From a virus (Duplodnaviria > Caudoviricetes), in IMG/VR virus record IMGVR_UViG_3300042542_006078: 64,000 nucleotides of DNA. One strand, written 5' to 3'. Position numbers and translations under genes: made by a program. Below the pieces are notes generated by a model, which worked only from the letters and a program-made list of their open reading frames with translations, ran no database searches and was not told the DNA's origin. Below, piece after piece: positions 1 through 8,013 of the stretch (within the stretch, counting starts at the first letter, position 1; each line of letters opens with the position of its first letter).

Positions 1-593
1 TATCCGATCATAGTAATTGTTCCGTCATTTACTGGACGGAATTTAAGCAAGCAATATCCATCATCATATCCCCAATAAATAACGCCTTTTATTTTACTTT
101 TTATCCATTCGTTTTCAATTAAAAAAGGATTAACATCAGTGATGTGGTTATATTGATTTGTGACTAGTTTTTCGTCTATATCATCAAGATAATTTTGTGT
201 GAATTTTTGTGAAATTTTGAATTTCCTAAGTTGATCACTTAATTTGTAATTGTCGCCATGAATTCTTTTAGCCATATTTGTATGGAATACAAGATATTTA
301 TCAAGATCAGTGATTTTGAATTTTATTATAGCATTTCCGTAAGTTTCTGCCTTTCCCATAGTGCTTTCAAGATCAAAGACGAAGAACATACTATTTGGTT
401 GAAAGCTTTTATCAAAATTGGATAACATAGGATACTTGGATAACATAGGGTCGTCTTTATCATAATCGGATTTAGATCCATGTTGGAGTATTGAAAGTGC
501 ATTTTCAATTTCGTCGGTTCTATGATAAACTATTGCTGTTTTGCCATTACTGTCAATTTCTTCTTTAAGAAGCCATTGTTTGAAAGTAGTCAT
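1..593 (-). CDS. Partial (runs off left edge) ADP-ribosyltransferase/PARP-like protein with N-terminal capsid-targeting-like motif
   Basis: Not in the ORF track; translated by hand. ATG at 593, MTTFKQWLLKEEIDSNGKTAIVYHRTDEIENALSILQHGSKS...FFVFDLESTMGKAETYGNAIIKFKI, open to base 1. YHxT...I...G and YG...hKh resemble His-type ART strands. ATAAATA lies 4 nt upstream. Confidence 0.65.
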   Translation of the reverse strand, partial: MTTFKQWLLKEEIDSNGKTAIVYHRTDEIENALSILQHGSKSDYDKDDPMLSKYPMLSNFDKSFQPNSMFFVFDLESTMGKAETYGNAIIKFKITDLDKYLVFHTNMAKRIHGDNYKLSDQLRKFKISQKFTQNYLDDIDEKLVTNQYNHITDVNPFLIENEWIKSKIKGVIYWGYDDGYCLLKFRPVNDGTITMIG

Positions 594-696
594 GTTATAT
601 TTATCCTTAAACAAAAAAATGTTGTAATTCTAGGAATTGTTTGAATGTTATCATGGTTTATTTATTTTTTGTTTGTAAATATATGAGGTGATATAT

Positions 697-1200
697 TTAT
701 TTTGTTTTGATGTCCCACACCATCATTTGTTTATCGCCTCTTAAAAGGGCAGAAATAAAGCGACCTACTCCAAAAACAATTTCCCCATCTACCATTACGG
801 AAGGTTTAGCTGTTTCTCCAGTGAATTTTAGTGCCGTGTCCTTATATCGATTAGGTGTTGGATCATAAACCTTTCCCGGTTTTATTTGTAATCCCCATTT
901 TTGATTTATTTCTTGAACAACTTCTGATGGAGTTCGTGTTATTGATGAAAGGTTGTTTGGGTTTTTAAGCAAATCGGTCATGTTGTATTTAACTGGTTCT
1001 GGTCCGACTTGAAAAGAAGAGACCCAATCAATGTCTTCTTGTGTTGGTTCTTTTCTTTCGTCTAGAATTTCTTTTTGAAGAATTGATGGAAGTTTTGTTA
1101 ATGCTTGTATCCATTGTTGTGGTTTTCCCTGAAGTGCTTGTTGTGTGTTTATAGCACTCATCTTGTCTTGATTTTCGACAAATTGTTTGAAGGTGATCAT
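697..1200 (-). CDS. Tagged protein with degenerate ParB/Srx-like C-terminal domain
   Basis: Starts MITFKQFVEN. C-terminal KPSVMVDGEIVFGVGRFISALLRGDKQMMVW resembles ParB-N (P-h-h-h-DG-x-HR-h-x-A...G) with the core altered. Confidence 0.55.
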   Translation of the reverse strand: MITFKQFVENQDKMSAINTQQALQGKPQQWIQALTKLPSILQKEILDERKEPTQEDIDWVSSFQVGPEPVKYNMTDLLKNPNNLSSITRTPSEVVQEINQKWGLQIKPGKVYDPTPNRYKDTALKFTGETAKPSVMVDGEIVFGVGRFISALLRGDKQMMVWDIKTK

Positions 1201-1220
1201 GGTTTATTTAGTTTTTGTTT
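1180..1220. repeat. 41-bp exact direct repeat, copy 1 (copy 2 at 2052-2092), covering promoter box and MITFKQF codons
   Basis: aaattgtttgaaggtgatcatggtttatttagtttttgttt is present at both positions. Confidence 0.95.
1205..1211 (-). promoter_or_regulatory. T4-late-like promoter box CTAAATA (representative of 15 boxes located 4-5 nt before an ATG)
   Basis: NTAAATA, or ATAGATA, followed by 4-5 nt then ATG at 598-604, 1205-1211, 2077-2083, 2757-2763, 3731-3737, 5229-5235, 5539-5545, 6053-6059, 6227-6233, 9240-9246, 9610-9616(+), 10716-10722, 14587-14593, 17653-17659(+), 25922-25928(+). The T4 late consensus is TATAAATA. Confidence 0.8.
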
Positions 1221-1229
1221 ATGGTTTTA

Positions 1230-2072
1230 TCATTTCAGAATTTTTCTCACATTGCCAACATGATCGCTACCAGCGAAAAATATACCTCCTTGATTTTTCA
1301 TTAATTCTAATAAATGAGTATCACGCTGGATTTGAACCTCTGACTCCAAATTTGCAAGTTGGTTTGTGTTTGTTCGCCCTTTGACATAAAATATATTATA
1401 AGCCAAGTTTTGTCCTAGACTCAAAAACTTGTGCATATTTTGCGGTGTTGCTTCCATATCAAGCATTACAGACAAATGTGGTGTTTGTGAAAGTAATTTT
1501 CTTATATTTTCAGGTGATGCTTGTGCTGATTTAGATGCCCATGCTTGTTGATCGCCACTAGATGATTTAATTAACAATTCTAAAATTGTAGGAATATAAG
1601 AAGATGTAGAATTCCACTTTATTTGAGAAGTTCCTTTTTTATGGTTATTTTTAATTTGATGACCACCTTTTGCCATCTTATTTGCAACATCTGGATGTGA
1701 GTATATCATATACAACATATTTTTCGTATCTCCGCCGAAGATATCATTTAACAACGATCCTTGAGAGTTAATTTTTTTACCATGTTCTTCTGGCTCCCAT
1801 GAAAGAAGAGGCAGGTTTTCTAATTGGTTTTTTTGCAGGAAATCGACAACAATATGTTCAGCCTGATTTCCTTCATGCCAAACAGTAGTGCCTTTTTGCA
1901 TTAAATCTTTCATTTTATTGACACTTTGGTCGTCAGTTACTACTTCTTGACCATGTGAAACAGGAAATAGGACAGAATTTTGTAATGTAAGTGGTTGGTT
2001 AAATTTTGCTCTTACTAGGGAATAGGCCCTATTTTCTGCTTTTCCTTCGAGAAATTGTTTGAAGGTGATCAT
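1230..2072 (-). CDS. Tagged hypothetical protein
   Basis: 280 aa, starts MITFKQFLEG. C-terminal IFFAGSDHV is weakly reminiscent of TraB/ChaN-like G-x-x-H ends. Confidence 0.6.
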   Translation of the reverse strand: MITFKQFLEGKAENRAYSLVRAKFNQPLTLQNSVLFPVSHGQEVVTDDQSVNKMKDLMQKGTTVWHEGNQAEHIVVDFLQKNQLENLPLLSWEPEEHGKKINSQGSLLNDIFGGDTKNMLYMIYSHPDVANKMAKGGHQIKNNHKKGTSQIKWNSTSSYIPTILELLIKSSSGDQQAWASKSAQASPENIRKLLSQTPHLSVMLDMEATPQNMHKFLSLGQNLAYNIFYVKGRTNTNQLANLESEVQIQRDTHLLELMKNQGGIFFAGSDHVGNVRKILK

Positions 2073-2092
2073 GGTTTATTTAGTTTTTGTTT
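2052..2092. repeat. 41-bp exact direct repeat, copy 2
   Basis: Identical to 1180-1220. Confidence 0.95.
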
Positions 2093-2160
2093 GAATTTTC
2101 TTAAATTTCTTGTTTCATAGCTTGGATGTGATATGATACTAGATTTGTTTTCTTATTTAT

Positions 2161-2751
2161 TTATCCTAATATTTCTGGTTCTGTTTTTTTAGTCCATTTT
2201 TTTGTTTCTGGGTTTTTGACATATATTGCTATCAATTTGAGTGTTGGATAAGCAGAGTGGAGTATAGGAACTTCGTTTTCGATGTGTGAATCTTCTATTC
2301 CGACTTGACCTATTTTGTGTGGGTTCCAATATGATTCAACATCAGATCCTTTAGAAACTCCATGTCCAAGTATAGTTTTGCCCCACTGTTTCCAATCTAT
2401 TTGATCTCTGTTTGGCCCATCAAGTTCTGCTTCTACGATAATGTTGACTGTATTTTCTTTTCCTAGAAGGTATCCTTGTGAGCTTATTGCGCTTCCAGTT
2501 GCGAATCTTTCAGCAACTGGAAATTCAAGACTCCAAGGGTCTGATTGACCTTTATTTTTTTTGAATTCTGTTCCTTGAATGAGAATATCTCTGATTTTCA
2601 TTTTTCGTGATTCAACTGGCAATCTGACACCTCTGTATATCTTGGTTCCTTCCTTGATGTATTGCGAGTTCATATTGGAAAAATTACCATATGATGGTTC
2701 ACTTTGTGGTCTATTTGTTCTATTTTCGATGAATTTTTTGAAGGATATCAT
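2161..2751 (-). CDS. Putative R-S-E clade ADP-ribosyltransferase, tagged
   Basis: Starts MISFKKFIEN. Ordered motifs KIYRGV (R), PWSL (S) and ENEVPI (ExE), as in Alt/Mod/C2-like ARTs. Confidence 0.65.
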   Translation of the reverse strand: MISFKKFIENRTNRPQSEPSYGNFSNMNSQYIKEGTKIYRGVRLPVESRKMKIRDILIQGTEFKKNKGQSDPWSLEFPVAERFATGSAISSQGYLLGKENTVNIIVEAELDGPNRDQIDWKQWGKTILGHGVSKGSDVESYWNPHKIGQVGIEDSHIENEVPILHSAYPTLKLIAIYVKNPETKKWTKKTEPEILG

Positions 2752-2797
2752 GATAATATTTAGTTTATTTTTATGATTTTATCAAGTTGATAATTGT

Positions 2798-3307
2798 TTA
2801 GTTTATGATTACTTGTGGATTTTCTGAAATGAATTTGAAGTAGAATGGGTGGTTAAGAGTTTTGAGTCTCCACATGCTTGCTTCTTCGGGAGTTGCGGGT
2901 AATCTTTCGTCTGTCCAGTTGTGTTTTTTGACATTTTTTAGTTCTGGGTGTGGGTAAACAGTTATAAATTGTCCGTAGTGGTCTTGTATTCTTTTTCTTG
3001 TTCTTATTGCATCTGGAGATAGTGTTGTGTCTGATGCTAGTAGTGCGTTTACTGGTTTTATTGCGTATTTGACTACGAATTCAAGGGCGGCAAAGTATAA
3101 AATTGTTCCTGCTCCTTTTGATTGACCTTTTATGCTATGTACTGAGTAATATTTTGAATTCCAATAAAGTCTTATTGAACCTATGTTTTTTATTTCGAGA
3201 GTTGGTTGGTCTATTGTTCTTCCAGTTATGACAACCTCATATTCAGGATTTTCTAATTGGCTTCTTAGTATTTGGTCTTCGATTAAAAATTGTTTGAAAT
3301 TGATCAT
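2798..3307 (-). CDS. GNAT-like acetyltransferase, tagged
   Basis: Starts MINFKQFLIE. VHSIKGQSKGAGTILYFAALEFV resembles the acetyl-CoA-binding motif A, followed by LASDTTLSPDA. Confidence 0.55.
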   Translation of the reverse strand: MINFKQFLIEDQILRSQLENPEYEVVITGRTIDQPTLEIKNIGSIRLYWNSKYYSVHSIKGQSKGAGTILYFAALEFVVKYAIKPVNALLASDTTLSPDAIRTRKRIQDHYGQFITVYPHPELKNVKKHNWTDERLPATPEEASMWRLKTLNHPFYFKFISENPQVIIN

Positions 3308-3318
3308 TAGAATATTCC

Positions 3319-3726
3319 TTATTCTGGTTTAATGGTTATGACTTCGTCATTGACTAATTCGTATGTGTTCATTTTTTCTAGTGATTTTCGTAATAATGAA
3401 GATGCTTCATATTTGTTTACGAATAGACCTTTGGAGTAAAGGTTAGCTACTTTTTGAATAGCTGTTCTGTAGATGTTTTTGTTTTGGTATTTTTGGTCAT
3501 TTCTGGTTTCGGATTTCAGTTCGGTTTTGTATAGATGGAACATATTTTTGAATTGACCGAATTCTTGTTCAAATCCGCTTATATGTCCGATCATTTTTTC
3601 ATTATCATAGATGATATAGTTTATTCCATCTCCTGCTTTTATTTTAGTTATATATATATCATCTATATTGAGTGGTATTGCATTTGGTGGAATTTGGTTT
3701 TCTAAAAATTTTTTGAAGCTGGTCAT
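3319..3726 (-). CDS. Possible degenerate GNAT-fold protein, tagged
   Basis: Starts MTSFKKFLEN. YIIYDNEKMIGHI and YQNKNIYRTAIQKV resemble GNAT strands and motif A. Confidence 0.45.
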   Translation of the reverse strand: MTSFKKFLENQIPPNAIPLNIDDIYITKIKAGDGINYIIYDNEKMIGHISGFEQEFGQFKNMFHLYKTELKSETRNDQKYQNKNIYRTAIQKVANLYSKGLFVNKYEASSLLRKSLEKMNTYELVNDEVITIKPE

Positions 3727-3762
3727 ATTTTATTTAATCATATTGAAACTAATTTTTTAACA

Positions 3763-5223
3763 TTATCTTAATACTTCTGTCATGTAACTTTCAAGATTTG
3801 CAATTCCTTTTACTTTTTTGATTGGTACGAATTCATAGTTATTATCATCTGGTATAGAGATAACATATTCCAAGTTGTTTAACATTTTTTCATCGACTGA
3901 GTTTTTTGGATATTCATATCTTATCATAAATTTATATTCATCTGTTTTATATTTTTTGTTGTGTACATTTGATTTGTTTGTACGGAAATTAATTGTTTGT
4001 TGTTTGATGGTTCCCGAATACTGTTCTTGTGTGTTGATATTTTTTGCTCCTATCGTCTTAAGGATACGAGTTACTTTTATTGATGGATCAACAATTTTAT
4101 TTTCATGTAACCATTTTCTTATTTCTGGCGTGACTTGTGATTCTATGTTGTTGTCTTTGATATGTTTGCTTATTATGTTATAAGCTTCAAGTGCAACATT
4201 TGATATTTTTTCAAGTAGTTTTCTGTACATGCTTGGTTTCTTTTCCTTAAACCTAGTCATGTAAGATTTTACATCTTTGAATCCATTTGATTGAATTAAA
4301 GGATTAAATTTTTCTCTATGTGATTTTCCTTCTCTGATATAATTTATCAAGTCTTTGAAAACTGTTATTTGTTTTATAACCATTGCGCTTGGGTCGTCAT
4401 TTTTGATAGATTGTCTTGCGTAATTGATGACATAGTTAGCCCATCCAGATACATTTGCTATGAATTCTGGTTCTTGTTCAAAATATTTGCCGAATGCTTT
4501 TTTTCTTCCTTCTTCTGTACCATCGTGTTCAGAAGCAGACAAATAAGGAGCGAGTTTTGTTTTTTCTGAATCTTTTAGATGTTGTTGAAATTCTTCTTCT
4601 GGGTTTTTTCTGCCAAACAATTTACCAACACCAGTTTTGTCTAAAAGGGTTGATATTGGACCTCTGCCTCTTAATGCTTTTTCTTTTTTCATATATTCTT
4701 CAGGAGAACCACTTTTATATCTATATCCTTTTGATAAAGTTGGGTCGTATGCGTGAGCTAGTTCATGAGATAAAGTATCGTATAAATCTTCTAGTACTTT
4801 TTCTTTGTTATTATAGACGAATTTGTAAATTATTTCATGCGATGTTCCTTTTTCCAAAGAATCCAACCATTGTTGATTTTTTTCTAATTCTGGAAATGCC
4901 ATATTTGTTGTAATTACTATATGTGGTCTTTGGGAAAAAGCTTGTTGCCAGCCACCAGTTTTACTTTTTGATTCAATTGTTCTAACTGCCCAAACATCAT
5001 ATGTTCTTTTTTTGTTTTGATAAGGATCATTAAATTCAATTGTATCAACAAATTTGTATTTATCTGATTCTATTTTGCCTTCTTCTTTTTTTAGTTCAAT
5101 TAGTATTGGCAGCATTTTGTTTGCAATTTCATGCAATTTTTGTTGTATTTCTGGTGGAAAAATAATTGCTTTGGATTCATTAAAAAACCATTCTTTGAAT
5201 GAAAATGTTTTTGAATTATTCAT
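3763..5223 (-). CDS. Zincin-like metallopeptidase, tagged
   Basis: DTLSHELAHAYD (HExxH) with a downstream EPEF. Start moved to ATG 5223 (MNNSKTFSFKEWFFNE) because CTAAATA lies 5 nt upstream. Confidence 0.65.
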   Translation of the reverse strand: MNNSKTFSFKEWFFNESKAIIFPPEIQQKLHEIANKMLPILIELKKEEGKIESDKYKFVDTIEFNDPYQNKKRTYDVWAVRTIESKSKTGGWQQAFSQRPHIVITTNMAFPELEKNQQWLDSLEKGTSHEIIYKFVYNNKEKVLEDLYDTLSHELAHAYDPTLSKGYRYKSGSPEEYMKKEKALRGRGPISTLLDKTGVGKLFGRKNPEEEFQQHLKDSEKTKLAPYLSASEHDGTEEGRKKAFGKYFEQEPEFIANVSGWANYVINYARQSIKNDDPSAMVIKQITVFKDLINYIREGKSHREKFNPLIQSNGFKDVKSYMTRFKEKKPSMYRKLLEKISNVALEAYNIISKHIKDNNIESQVTPEIRKWLHENKIVDPSIKVTRILKTIGAKNINTQEQYSGTIKQQTINFRTNKSNVHNKKYKTDEYKFMIRYEYPKNSVDEKMLNNLEYVISIPDDNNYEFVPIKKVKGIANLESYMTEVLR

Positions 5224-5237
5224 GTTGATATTTAGTA

Positions 5238-5534
5238 TCACACGAAGAAATAATGAACATCTTTTTCGTCATCGTATAGCATAAACAAATCATGATTTTT
5301 ATCGTGGAGATAGATAGCATCTATGTCTTTAAGATTATTTGGCAAATTGACATTTTGCATGAATTGGTCTTTATTTATTTGTGTTGCATTTTCTTCAGAT
5401 TGGGCGAATTGTGTGGTGTCTTTGTATGGAATTTGTGGGATTGTGCAGTTTCCGTCTTCGTCGAATGAATTGACGCAATTTCCGACTAGTTGTTTTTTGT
5501 TTTTATTTTCTAGGAATATTCTGAATGATATCAT
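5238..5534 (-). CDS. Small tagged hypothetical protein
   Basis: 98 aa, starts MISFRIFLEN, CTAAATA 4 nt upstream. Confidence 0.7.
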   Translation of the reverse strand: MISFRIFLENKNKKQLVGNCVNSFDEDGNCTIPQIPYKDTTQFAQSEENATQINKDQFMQNVNLPNNLKDIDAIYLHDKNHDLFMLYDDEKDVHYFFV

Positions 5535-5602
5535 GTTTTATTTAGAATTAGCAGTTAAAATATTCTTCATAGATTGAGTAGAGGATGAACAAGGTTGTTA
5601 TG
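5505..5602. repeat. ~98-bp imperfect direct repeat, copy 1 (copy 2 at 6019-6116)
   Basis: Shared aggaatattctgaatgatatcatg..ttatttaga..ttagcagttaaaatattcttcatagattgagtagag.atgaa...gttgtta. Confidence 0.9.
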
Positions 5603-5622
5603 GAAGTTGTTGCATGGTGCGG

Positions 5623-6048
5623 TTACCTTCGTTTTCTGGGAAATTCATTAATAGCATCAATCCAGTCTGATTTTGATAGTGGGTATTTTTTATCTAAGGT
5701 TAAATATTCTTCTGGTGTATATCTGGCTTTAACTTTGCTGACATAAGAAGGTTTTTCTAAATAATGCGAAAACTGATCGAAAGTAGGGTCTATTTTTTCT
5801 CCATTCATTTCAATCCAAGTATGTTGTCTCAATTTGTCTTCTTGTTTATATTTGACCCATCCTTCAACTACGATGAAGTTTGTGATTCCTTTTTTGAGGG
5901 CTACTTTAGTGAACCAAGTGGCAAAAGCCATGCATGTTCCGACCTTTTTGCATTGAAGAATTTTTGCAATATTATTGGCAACATCTTTGGCTTTGTCTAA
6001 ATCAGACTTATCTTCTTGATTTTCAAGGAATATTCTGAATGATATCAT
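5623..6048 (-). CDS. Transglutaminase-like (Cys-His-Asp) protein, tagged
   Basis: Starts MISFRIFLEN. GTCMAFA...VVEGW...QHTWIEMNGEKIDPT fits the C-H-D triad spacing of the transglutaminase-like/papain-like superfamily. Confidence 0.7.
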   Translation of the reverse strand: MISFRIFLENQEDKSDLDKAKDVANNIAKILQCKKVGTCMAFATWFTKVALKKGITNFIVVEGWVKYKQEDKLRQHTWIEMNGEKIDPTFDQFSHYLEKPSYVSKVKARYTPEEYLTLDKKYPLSKSDWIDAINEFPRKRR

Positions 6049-6116
6049 GATTTATTTAGATTAGCAGTTAAAATATTCTTCATAGATTGAGTAGAGTATG
6101 AAGATAGTTGTTATTG
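6019..6116. repeat. ~98-bp imperfect direct repeat, copy 2
   Basis: Matches 5505-5602. Confidence 0.9.
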
Positions 6117-6222
6117 GCATTATTGCGATAAATGACAGGGTGCTAATTAATTCTTGTTGAGAATTAGGTAGTGCTGGGTTATTTGTTGTTATATGTTGAA
6201 TTATGTAGATTATTTCTTCCAT
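6061..6222 (-). CDS. Small (53 aa) predicted membrane peptide
   Basis: Hand-translated MEEIIYIIQHITTNNPALPNSQQELISTLSFIAIMPITTIFILYSIYEEYFNC*. ATAAATA lies 4 nt before the ATG; hydrophobic C-terminal stretch. Confidence 0.55.
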   Translation of the reverse strand: MEEIIYIIQHITTNNPALPNSQQELISTLSFIAIMPITTIFILYSIYEEYFNC

Positions 6223-6429
6223 GCATTATTTATAAAAATTTTAATCTCAAATACATGAATTTTGGATGAAGTTATTTGTCTATTACTGAAATTTCTCGTT
6301 GTTTTAATTAATTTTCTAAAGATCTTTTTAACAATTGGCTTATGAAATTAATTTTTATTATGTTGGCCCTCATTAAAGTTTTTTTCAAAAAAATGATTCT
6401 CGATTAGTTTGGGTCAAATGGAGAGAAAA

Positions 6430-7551
6430 ATGAAGTATTTTATATATTGTCCTTACATTACATCTTCATCGTCGAAATCCATGCATCATTTGTGTTCGAG
6501 TTTGAATAGTTGTGGTCATGATGCAATTATGGTTTATGAGGGAATTGATTTCGATGTTGAAATTCTTTATGGTAATTGTTTTGATTTTCTCAAATCGAGT
6601 TCACAAGTTGATGATTCATATGAGAATGTGATAATTTTCCCTTCATTGTATACGAGGGATTATATGATTAAGAGGCTTGGTTTGAAAAGGATAAGGATGG
6701 CCATTTGGTGGCTTTCCAAGGAAAAAAAAGAAGAATCTGGTTCATCTTGGTTAAATAGGTCTTTGATAAATCTTTGCTTTTCTGAGGATTTGCTTAAAGA
6801 TTTCGATTTTGGTAAATTTCTTTTGGATGAAGGTAAAATTGATTCTTGTATCGTTGACATAAACAATTTTTTCCGTATGAATTGTGATTTTAATGATTTG
6901 GGAAGGAACATCATTGAGTTTGAGAATGTTGTTTCTTGTTTCTCGAACTCGATATTTGTTGATTTGGGTGTGAGGACTGGAGTGAGTAGCATGATGATGT
7001 TGAATTATGCTAATGAGAGAAATAATGAGGTTTATGGAGTTGATGTTGATTTCTCGATGACTGAAAATTTTGTTTTGTCGAATACGAGTTACAAAAGAAT
7101 TTTTGGGGATTCGAGTAGTATTGGTAAGATATGGAATAAGGGAGATGTTTCTGTATTGTTTGTTGACACTATACACGCATATGAGCAGGTGATGTGTGAG
7201 TTATATTACTGGTATGAACATGTTCGTGATGGAGGTTGGATAGTATTTCATGATACTGATTGGCCTGATGGCAAGAATGAGTTTATAGGAGGAAGGAATT
7301 GGGAAAGGGCAGACAATGGTGTGAAAAATTTCTTTGGAATTGAATCCTTGAATTACGAGGATGATTACATCTTGGTTAAGCATTACCCTTCATCTTGGGG
7401 AATGACATTCGTTAATGTTAAAAAGAAGAAGGATTATGTGTCCTTATTCAAGGATTGGGACAATGTTTTTGCGGAAAGAAATTATTTAACATCAATTTTT
7501 TGGAATGAAGGCAATTTGGGTGGAAGGAAAATTGATTTAGTTTTGCCTTGA
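6430..7551 (+). CDS. Class I SAM-dependent methyltransferase (Methyltransf_24-like) with N-terminal glycosyltransferase-like segment
   Basis: Motif I FVDLGVRTGVSS; LFVDTIHAYEQV; GGWIVFHDT. N-terminus YFIYCP...HHLCSSL...IWWLS resembles the start of phage GT-B proteins. ATG 6430 follows GGAG. Confidence 0.75.
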   Translation: MKYFIYCPYITSSSSKSMHHLCSSLNSCGHDAIMVYEGIDFDVEILYGNCFDFLKSSSQVDDSYENVIIFPSLYTRDYMIKRLGLKRIRMAIWWLSKEKKEESGSSWLNRSLINLCFSEDLLKDFDFGKFLLDEGKIDSCIVDINNFFRMNCDFNDLGRNIIEFENVVSCFSNSIFVDLGVRTGVSSMMMLNYANERNNEVYGVDVDFSMTENFVLSNTSYKRIFGDSSSIGKIWNKGDVSVLFVDTIHAYEQVMCELYYWYEHVRDGGWIVFHDTDWPDGKNEFIGGRNWERADNGVKNFFGIESLNYEDDYILVKHYPSSWGMTFVNVKKKKDYVSLFKDWDNVFAERNYLTSIFWNEGNLGGRKIDLVLP

Positions 7552-7578
7552 CATTGATAATTAGTCTATTTCGGTCAT

Positions 7579-7962
7579 TTATTCGTCACCGTACTGGAAG
7601 TAGTTGGATTTACGGTCAAAGGATTTGAGTATTTCTGGGAGGTCTTCTCTGTTGTTTATATCATTAATATTTATGACATAACCTTTGCCACCTGATGTCA
7701 TCATTCTATATTGTCCTGTTCCAAATCCTCCTTCTTCTTGAGTTTTTCTCAAATCTATGATTTCCCCTGCTTTTGTTGTTCTTCTTGAAAATGTATCATC
7801 TTTGTGAAAAAGGAGTTCGTATTTTGATCCTGATTTTCTAATTTCTACTGATATTCCTTTTGATCTTAAGGAGTGATGATATTTATCATCTGGCAATATT
7901 TTCATTTCCTGAACTTGGCTTTCAATTTTCAATCTTTTGGATAGCCATTTATTGAATTTCAT
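7579..7962 (-). CDS. Tagged hypothetical protein
   Basis: 127 aa, starts MKFNKWLSKRLKIE. Confidence 0.6.
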   Translation of the reverse strand: MKFNKWLSKRLKIESQVQEMKILPDDKYHHSLRSKGISVEIRKSGSKYELLFHKDDTFSRRTTKAGEIIDLRKTQEEGGFGTGQYRMMTSGGKGYVININDINNREDLPEILKSFDRKSNYFQYGDE

Positions 7963-8013
7963 TTTTGCCTTAAATTAAATTTTGTTTAATTATATATGTG
8001 TTAAATTAACTAT

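Noticed and set aside
326-508. 60-aa minus-strand ORF in the track
   Set aside because: Lies in a different frame within the longer tagged ORF 1-593, which has the promoter box and motif.
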